A stretch of 64,000 nucleotides of DNA from Nevskia sp. (lineage in GTDB: Bacteria; Pseudomonadota; Gammaproteobacteria; Nevskiales; Nevskiaceae): positions 16,115-80,114 of the forward strand of contig JAYWBB010000112.1 in assembly GCA_043781855.1 (NCBI GenBank), read 5' to 3'. The position numbers and the translations under genes are program-made. The notes under the pieces were generated by a model that was given only the letters and a program-made list of their open reading frames with translations, was not told the origin of the DNA and made no database searches. This document shows positions 58,682-64,000 of this stretch, piece after piece (the stretch's first letter is position 1; each line of letters starts with the position of its first letter).

Positions 58682-60298
58682 ATGGGTCAGATGCAGTCAC
58701 CAACGCAGCAGGTCGACGCGGTTGTCGTGGGCGCCGGAATCGCCGGCATGTATCAGCTTTATCGGCTGCGCGAAAAAGGCCTGAAGGTGCGGCTGTTCGA
58801 GGCCGGTGAGGGCGTCGGCGGCACCTGGTACTGGAACCGCTACCCGGGCGCGCGCGTCGATTCCGCATCGCATGTCTACCAGTACTGGTTCTCCGATGAA
58901 ATCCTCAAGGAATGGAACTGGAGCGAGCGCTTCCCGGCCCAGGAAGAAACCGAGCGCTATCTGAATTTCGTCGCGGACAAGTGCGATCTGCGCAAGGACA
59001 TCACGTTCAAGGCCCGTGTCGCGTCGGCTACTTACGATGAGACGGCGAAGCGCTGGACCGTTGTCACCGAATCGGGCGAGACGCTCAGCACGCAGTTTCT
59101 GGTCATGTGCGCCGGCGGCATTTCCGCACCGCTGGTGCCGCCGTTCCCCGGTCACGAGAAGTTCAAGGGCCAGATCGTCCACACCGCGCGCTGGCCGAAG
59201 GCGGGTATCGAGCTGACCGGAAAACGCGTCGGCGTCATCGGCACCGGCGCGACGGGCATGCAGGTGATCCAGACCATCGCCAGCCAGGTCAAGCAGTTGA
59301 CGGTATTCCAGCGCACGGCGAACTATGCGATCCCGATGCGCAACCCGAAGTACGGCGACGCCGACCGCGCCGAGTTCCGCGCGCAATACCCGGCGCTGAA
59401 GCAGCGCGTGCAGCGCACGTTCGCCGGATTCGACTACGACCTGCAAGAGAGCAACTTCGTCGACCTGTCACCGGAAGAGCGGCAGAAAACCATGGAAACG
59501 CTCTGGAAAGACGGCTCACTGAGCTTCTGGATCGGCGGCTTCAAGGAAGTGTTCTTCGATGCCGGCATCAACGAGGAAGTGTCGAAGTTCGTCCGCGAGC
59601 GCATGCGCGCCCGCATCGAGGACCCAAAGATGGCCGCCAAGCTGATCCCGAACGACCACGGCTTCGGCACCCGCCGCGTGCCGCTCGAAACCGGGTATTT
59701 GGAGGCTTACAACCGCGACAACGTCGAGCTGATCGACTTGAAGGCCGATCCGATCGAGTGCCTCACCGAGAAGGGCCTGAAGACCAGGAGCGGCGAGCAC
59801 GAACTCGACATCCTGATTTTCGCGACTGGCTTCGACGCCGGTACCGGCGCGCTGACCCGCGTCGACATCCGCGGCCGCGACGGCTTGCGGCTCAAGGACG
59901 AGTGGTCGAAGAACATCCGCACGACCATGGGCCTGCAGGTGCACGGCTACCCGAACATGTTCACGACCATGGCTCCGTTCGCGCCGGCTGCCGCGTTCTG
60001 CAACGTGCCGACCTGCCTGCAGCAGCAGGTGGACTGGATCGCCGACTGCATCCAGTACGTTCGCGAGCATCACCTCGCGACGATCGAGCCGACGGCCGAG
60101 ACGGAAGCGAAGTGGCTCGCGCATCACGACGAGGTCGCCAGCATGACGCTCGTTGCCAAGACCAAGTCCTGGTACATGGGCAGCAACATCGAAGGCAAGC
60201 AGCCGCGTCTGCTGTCGTACATCGGCGGCGTGGGCGCCTATCGGCAGATTTGTGAGGACGTGAAGGCGAAGGGCTACGAGGGCTTCGCCATCGCCTGA
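58682..60298 (+). CDS. Baeyer-Villiger (type I flavin) monooxygenase
   Basis: The ATG at 58682 has GGAGGAG upstream. It carries the Rossmann motifs GAGIAG and GTGATG and the BVMO fingerprint FKGQIVHTARWP (FxGxxxHxxxW). Confidence 0.88.
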   Translation: MGQMQSPTQQVDAVVVGAGIAGMYQLYRLREKGLKVRLFEAGEGVGGTWYWNRYPGARVDSASHVYQYWFSDEILKEWNWSERFPAQEETERYLNFVADKCDLRKDITFKARVASATYDETAKRWTVVTESGETLSTQFLVMCAGGISAPLVPPFPGHEKFKGQIVHTARWPKAGIELTGKRVGVIGTGATGMQVIQTIASQVKQLTVFQRTANYAIPMRNPKYGDADRAEFRAQYPALKQRVQRTFAGFDYDLQESNFVDLSPEERQKTMETLWKDGSLSFWIGGFKEVFFDAGINEEVSKFVRERMRARIEDPKMAAKLIPNDHGFGTRRVPLETGYLEAYNRDNVELIDLKADPIECLTEKGLKTRSGEHELDILIFATGFDAGTGALTRVDIRGRDGLRLKDEWSKNIRTTMGLQVHGYPNMFTTMAPFAPAAAFCNVPTCLQQQVDWIADCIQYVREHHLATIEPTAETEAKWLAHHDEVASMTLVAKTKSWYMGSNIEGKQPRLLSYIGGVGAYRQICEDVKAKGYEGFAIA

Positions 60299-60395
60299 TG
60301 GCCGCGCCGATGTAATGCTGGAACCGGAGGCCGCGCAAGCGGCCTTCGGTCTTTAATGCCCCTGCCGGGCCGCCGCGCGACTCTATAATCCGCCC

Positions 60396-61727
60396 ATGGA
60401 ACCCGTCGATTTCGTTGCCGCGCTGCGCGGCGCAGCCCCCTATGTCCACGCGCACAACGGTCGCGTGTTCGTCGTCGCCTTCGGTGGCGAGGCCGCCCTG
60501 CGGCCCGATTTCGACCGCCTGATCTACGACATCGCTCTGCTGCACAGCCTCGGCGTCAAGCTGGTGCTGGTGCACGGCGTGCGGCCGCAGATAGAAGCGC
60601 AACTGGCGGCGCGCCAGATCGAATCACGCTTCGCCGGCGACCTGCGCATCACCGACATGGCGACGATGGACTGCGTGAAATCCGCCATCGGGTCCCTGCG
60701 CATGAGCATCGAAGCGCGCCTGAGCACGGGCCTCGCGAGCACGCCAATGGGCGGCGCGCGGCTGAAAGTGGCTGGCGGCAACTGGGTCACCGCGAAGCCG
60801 GTCGGCGTGCGCGACGGGACGGATCATGAACTCACCGGCGAAGTCCGTCGCATCGACATCCCGACCATCCGCGAAGTGCTGGAAAACGGCCGCATCGCGC
60901 TGCTCAGCCCGATCGGCTACTCCCCGACCGGCGAGATCTTCAACCTGCGCGCGGGTGAAGTGGCGCAGGCCGTCGCGATCGGCCTCAAGGCCGACAAGCT
61001 GATCTTCGTGCTTGACTCCGACCCGGACACCTGGAAGCTCGCCGCAGAAACCGGCGACGCCGGCCAGCTTCCGCTCGGCGAAGCGGAGCGCCTGCTCGCT
61101 GATGCCTCGCAGAACAATCCGCTGTCCGCCGAAGACCGTGCACTGCTCACCTCCGCCCTCGCCGCTGGCCGCGGCGGTGTCGCCCGCGTACACCTGATCG
61201 GCGCCGACGCCAATGGCGCCTTGCTGCGCGAACTCTACACACGCGATGGCTGCGGACTGATGTTCTATTCCGACGAGAACTACGAGTCCGTGCGCGAGGC
61301 GACGATCGAGGACGTCGGCGGCATCCTGGCACTCATCAAGCCGCTCGAAGACGCCGGCGTGCTGGTGCCGAGATCGCGCGAGCAGCTGGAACTCGAAATC
61401 ACCCTGTTCGACGTGATGGTCCGCGACGGTACGGTGATCGCCTGCAGCGCCCTGTTCCCGTTCCCGCAGAACGCGATGGCCGAATTCTCATGTGTGGCCG
61501 TCCACCCCGACTACCGCAGCGAAGGCCGCGCCGACGCCCTGCTCAAGCGCGCCGAGGAAAGCGCCAAAAAGCTCGGTGTGAAGAAGCTGTTCGCGCTGAC
61601 CACGCACACGCCGCACTGGTTCATCGAGCATGGCTTCGTGCAGGGAGCTATCGAAGAACTACCGATGCAGAAGCAGCGGATTTACAACTATCAGCGGAAG
61701 TCGCTGGTGTTGGTGAAGGGCTTGTAA
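60396..61727 (+). CDS. argA: Amino-acid N-acetyltransferase (N-acetylglutamate synthase)
   Basis: 443 aa with FVAALRGAAPYVHAHNGRVFVVAFGGEA...LLHSLGVKLVLVHGVRPQIEAQL (kinase-like domain) and a C-terminal GNAT domain. Confidence 0.93.
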   Translation: MEPVDFVAALRGAAPYVHAHNGRVFVVAFGGEAALRPDFDRLIYDIALLHSLGVKLVLVHGVRPQIEAQLAARQIESRFAGDLRITDMATMDCVKSAIGSLRMSIEARLSTGLASTPMGGARLKVAGGNWVTAKPVGVRDGTDHELTGEVRRIDIPTIREVLENGRIALLSPIGYSPTGEIFNLRAGEVAQAVAIGLKADKLIFVLDSDPDTWKLAAETGDAGQLPLGEAERLLADASQNNPLSAEDRALLTSALAAGRGGVARVHLIGADANGALLRELYTRDGCGLMFYSDENYESVREATIEDVGGILALIKPLEDAGVLVPRSREQLELEITLFDVMVRDGTVIACSALFPFPQNAMAEFSCVAVHPDYRSEGRADALLKRAEESAKKLGVKKLFALTTHTPHWFIEHGFVQGAIEELPMQKQRIYNYQRKSLVLVKGL

Positions 61728-61825
61728 TCCGATTTGGTAGCGTGCGCTTTGCGCACGGACGGGTTGGGGTTGAAGGACAGGGAATTGTGCGGGGAGTGCA
61801 CGCTACGTCACTTAGGGTATTTGCT

Positions 61826-62809
61826 ATGTCTCTCAATCTGTCACAAACGCTAGTGGTTGGAATTTCCTCAACAGCGCTATTTGATTTAACGGAAGCCGAT
61901 GAAGTTTTCAGGCGCACATTTGTTGACGACAAACAAAAGGCTGTCTCAGAGTATCGGGCCTACATGCTTGCTCGTGAAAACGACCCTCTTGAAGATGGCA
62001 CGGGAATGCCACTGGTGAAAGCACTACTCGCTCTAAACAACCTGGAGACAAAGGAAACGTCTAGTCCTCTGGTCGAGGTCATTGTCATGTCACGCAACAG
62101 TCCAGAGACTGGTGTCCGCGTTTTCAATAATATTCGATCTCGCAGCCTAGCAATTAGCCGGCACGCGTTTACTGGAGGCGAGTCCGTAGTTAACTATCTA
62201 GACGCCTTCGATGTCGATCTCTTTTTAACAACCAATATCGGAGACGCTCAACGCGTCATCGACGAAGGAAACTGCGCTGCCGCCATTCTCAAGAGACCTC
62301 CTGGTGATTTGACGACACTGCCAGAGGATCAAGTCCGCATCGCATTTGATGGCGACGCCGTGTTGTTTGATGACAGCAGTGAGCTTGTATTCAAGACCAA
62401 GGGCCTAGATAGCTTCCACTCAAATGAAGACAGCCAGCAAGATGTGCCGATCCCAGAGGGCCCTTACGCTACTCTTTTAGAGAAGCTCTCCCGCCTACAG
62501 AAGCGATTGCCATTCAGCGTCGAATTCTCTCCAGTTCGTATCGCTATTGTCACAGCTAGGAATGCACCGGCAGAAATGCGGGTTATTAAGACGCTTCGTC
62601 ATTGGGGCGTGTACGTGAACGAAATATTTTTCCTCGGCGGCGTCGAGAAAGCTAAGGTATTGAAGGCTTTTCGGGCACACATCTTTTTTGACGATCAAGA
62701 CCTTCACCTTGACCCAGCCGCTCAGCATGTTCCGGCGGGCAAGGTTCCATACAGGTCGAACTCGCCACTCAACGGCGACCCTTCTCTACGTAACGATGAA
62801 GCCAAGTAG
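61826..62809 (+). CDS. 5'-nucleotidase of the cytosolic cN-IA (PF06189-like) family
   Basis: The ATG at 61826 gives a 327-aa protein. It contains VVGISSTALFDL, RVFNNIRSRSLAISRHAFTGGESVVNYLDAF, RIAFDGDAVLFDDSSE, IVTARNAPAEMRVIKTLRHWGV and HIFFDDQ. As far as I recall the human cN-IA sequence, these line up closely with its conserved blocks. The gene has visibly lower G+C than its surroundings. Confidence 0.8.
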   Translation: MSLNLSQTLVVGISSTALFDLTEADEVFRRTFVDDKQKAVSEYRAYMLARENDPLEDGTGMPLVKALLALNNLETKETSSPLVEVIVMSRNSPETGVRVFNNIRSRSLAISRHAFTGGESVVNYLDAFDVDLFLTTNIGDAQRVIDEGNCAAAILKRPPGDLTTLPEDQVRIAFDGDAVLFDDSSELVFKTKGLDSFHSNEDSQQDVPIPEGPYATLLEKLSRLQKRLPFSVEFSPVRIAIVTARNAPAEMRVIKTLRHWGVYVNEIFFLGGVEKAKVLKAFRAHIFFDDQDLHLDPAAQHVPAGKVPYRSNSPLNGDPSLRNDEAK

Positions 62810-63109
62810 CTCAGTAGGGCGGGATAGCAGCTTCATCGTAAAATCAAAGGAAATCAAAGGGGCCGTGTTCGAATATTTTTCAAAGATCGCGGAAGCGATC
62901 AGGCACCTTCCTCGATATCCGAACGATCGATGCCTCGCAAGCGAAATCCTTACAGTCGGCGTTGTCGGGCAACTGCTCGATCACTCCATGCGCGTTCTGC
63001 TTGAAGCTGGGAGCGGCGGCGATCACGGCGATGTTCCCCGATTTCAATTGCAGCAGGTACCCGGGCTGTGGTGGACACCATGCCTTGCACCCAGGACACC
63101 GGCGACGAA

Positions 63110-63484
63110 TCAGCGGCTGAACGGGACCGTATCGAAGTAATCGCGCCACTCGTAGATCTTGCCGTTGCGCACCTTGAAAATGCCCATCAGCGGGATGGAG
63201 ACGAGGGTCTTGCCGTCGGCGCCTTTCAGATGATCGACGCGCTCGGTCAGCACGGCGTCGCCTTGCGCGGCAATCGCCAGCATGTCCACTTCGATGGTGA
63301 CGAAGGGAATCTTCCTGGCGAATTCGGCGAAGAAGGCGAGTGCTTCCGCCGGGCCTCTGGTTTTCGAGAGGCCGATGTTTTCGTACAGGCAATCCGGCGT
63401 GAAGTGCTTATCGAGCGCGGCGACGAGGCCGTTCGGTACTTTCCAGGTGGCGATGAAGCCTTGCACGGTCTCGGTGGCGGTCAT
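63110..63484 (-). CDS. SnoaL / limonene-1,2-epoxide hydrolase-like NTF2-fold protein
   Basis: 124 aa. MTATETVQGFIATWKV...CLYENIGLS...GIFKVRNGKIYEWRDYFD is a typical LEH/SnoaL pattern. Confidence 0.75.
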   Translation of the reverse strand: MTATETVQGFIATWKVPNGLVAALDKHFTPDCLYENIGLSKTRGPAEALAFFAEFARKIPFVTIEVDMLAIAAQGDAVLTERVDHLKGADGKTLVSIPLMGIFKVRNGKIYEWRDYFDTVPFSR

Positions 63485-63585
63485 ATCGTTTCATCCTTCG
63501 GGTGGGGCCTGCGCCATACTATCGCCAGACCGCAGCCCCGAATCAATCCCGTTCCCGAATTCGAGACCGCCCAGGAGCGCACGAC

Positions 63586-64000
63586 ATGGAACCTCTATCC
63601 CCTGCGAGAATCATGGAAGTCGGCATGGCGTTCTGGCCGTCCAAGGTTCTGCTTTCGGCGACGGAGCTGGGGCTTTTCACGGCGCTGGGCGCCGGGGCCA
63701 TGACCGGGCGCGAATTGCAGAACTCGCTGGGCCTGCATCCGCGGGCGAATCCCGATTTCTTCGATACCCTGGTCGCGCTACGCTTTCTCGAACGGGACGG
63801 CAATGGCCCCGAGGCGCGCTATCGCTGCACCGAGGAAACTGCGGCGTTTCTCGATCGCAAAAGCCCGCAGTTCATCGGCGGCTTCCTGGAAATGGCCAGC
63901 GCCCGGCTCTACCGGTTCTGGAGCGATCTCCCCGAAGCGCTGCGAACGGGCAGCCCGCAAAACGAGATCAAGCACTCCGGCAATTCTGTCTTCGCGGAGC
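63586..64000 (+). CDS. Class I SAM-dependent O-methyltransferase, N-terminal dimerisation domain only; runs off the right edge
   Basis: My own translation from the ATG at 63586 (AGGAG 9 nt upstream) gives MEPLSPARIMEVGMAFWPSKVLLSATELGLFTALGAGAMTGRELQNSLGLHPRANPDFFDTLVALRFLERDG. This resembles the winged-helix dimerisation domain of family 2 OMTs. Confidence 0.7.
   Translation, partial: MEPLSPARIMEVGMAFWPSKVLLSATELGLFTALGAGAMTGRELQNSLGLHPRANPDFFDTLVALRFLERDGNGPEARYRCTEETAAFLDRKSPQFIGGFLEMASARLYRFWSDLPEALRTGSPQNEIKHSGNSVFAE

Noticed and set aside
61490-61825. Upstream extension of the 5'-nucleotidase ORF
   Set aside because: It overlaps the argA 3' end in another frame and is GC-rich and Arg-rich. 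The composition switch and the homology both begin at the ATG at 61826.
61728-62880. Mobile-element hallmarks around the low-G+C islet (integrase, transposase, tRNA, flanking direct repeats)
   Set aside because: I searched by eye and through the ORF track and found none, so the islet is not called a mobile element.
62880-63109. Tail of minus-strand ORF 62880..63392 (…LKSGNIAVIAAAPSFKQNAHGVIEQLPDNADCKDFACEASIVRISRKVPDRFRDL)
   Set aside because: Its upper part overlaps the SnoaL/LEH-like gene, so only about 55 codons could be real. There is no ATG or GTG and no SD, and I cannot match it to a family. It may be a gene remnant. Third-position G/C bias is suggestive, but the evidence is not enough to call a feature.

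Overview
High-G+C chromosomal segment, most likely from a gammaproteobacterium. Two things point that way: nuoC and nuoD are fused, and the order ygfB-pepP-ubiH-ubiI next to gcvT-gcvH-gcvP matches E. coli-type synteny. Coding density is about 90% and most genes are housekeeping. From left to right the window holds:
- three tandem paralogs of a membrane-anchored TPR protein, interrupted by a vapBC module
- ilvC-ilvH, divergent from the acetolactate synthase large subunit gene
- a DUF815 ATPase and a secreted repeat protein
- a complete E. coli-type (type II, phosphoethanolamine) cellulose gene set in an unusual split, convergent layout: bcsBZC facing bcsR-E-F-Q-A-G
- an ACBP gene, then folA, a hydrolase gene, thyA and lgt, then rlmI
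- the full nuoA-N operon
- a PfkB kinase gene and a second vapBC-type module
- a glycine-riboswitch-led gcvT-gcvH-gcvPA-tpx-gcvPB-dgkA string
- ubiI, ubiH, two DUF3667 genes, pepP and ygfB
- a Baeyer-Villiger monooxygenase gene and argA
- a low-G+C islet encoding a eukaryotic-type cN-IA 5'-nucleotidase
- a SnoaL/LEH-like gene and the start of an O-methyltransferase gene

The most unusual signal is a small family of repeats built from degenerate heptamers (GTTTCCA / GTTGTTA). I found four copies:
- two full palindromic copies fill the nuoF-nuoG and nuoK-nuoL spacers
- one 39-nt half copy lies between gcvH and gcvPA
- one 39-nt half copy sits in frame inside gcvPB, adding 13 codons

Three copies end 7-10 nt before a start codon. 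I saw no rRNA, tRNA, CRISPR array, transposase or integrase. Gene calls rest on reading the supplied translations and on my own translation of selected stretches; no database search was possible.
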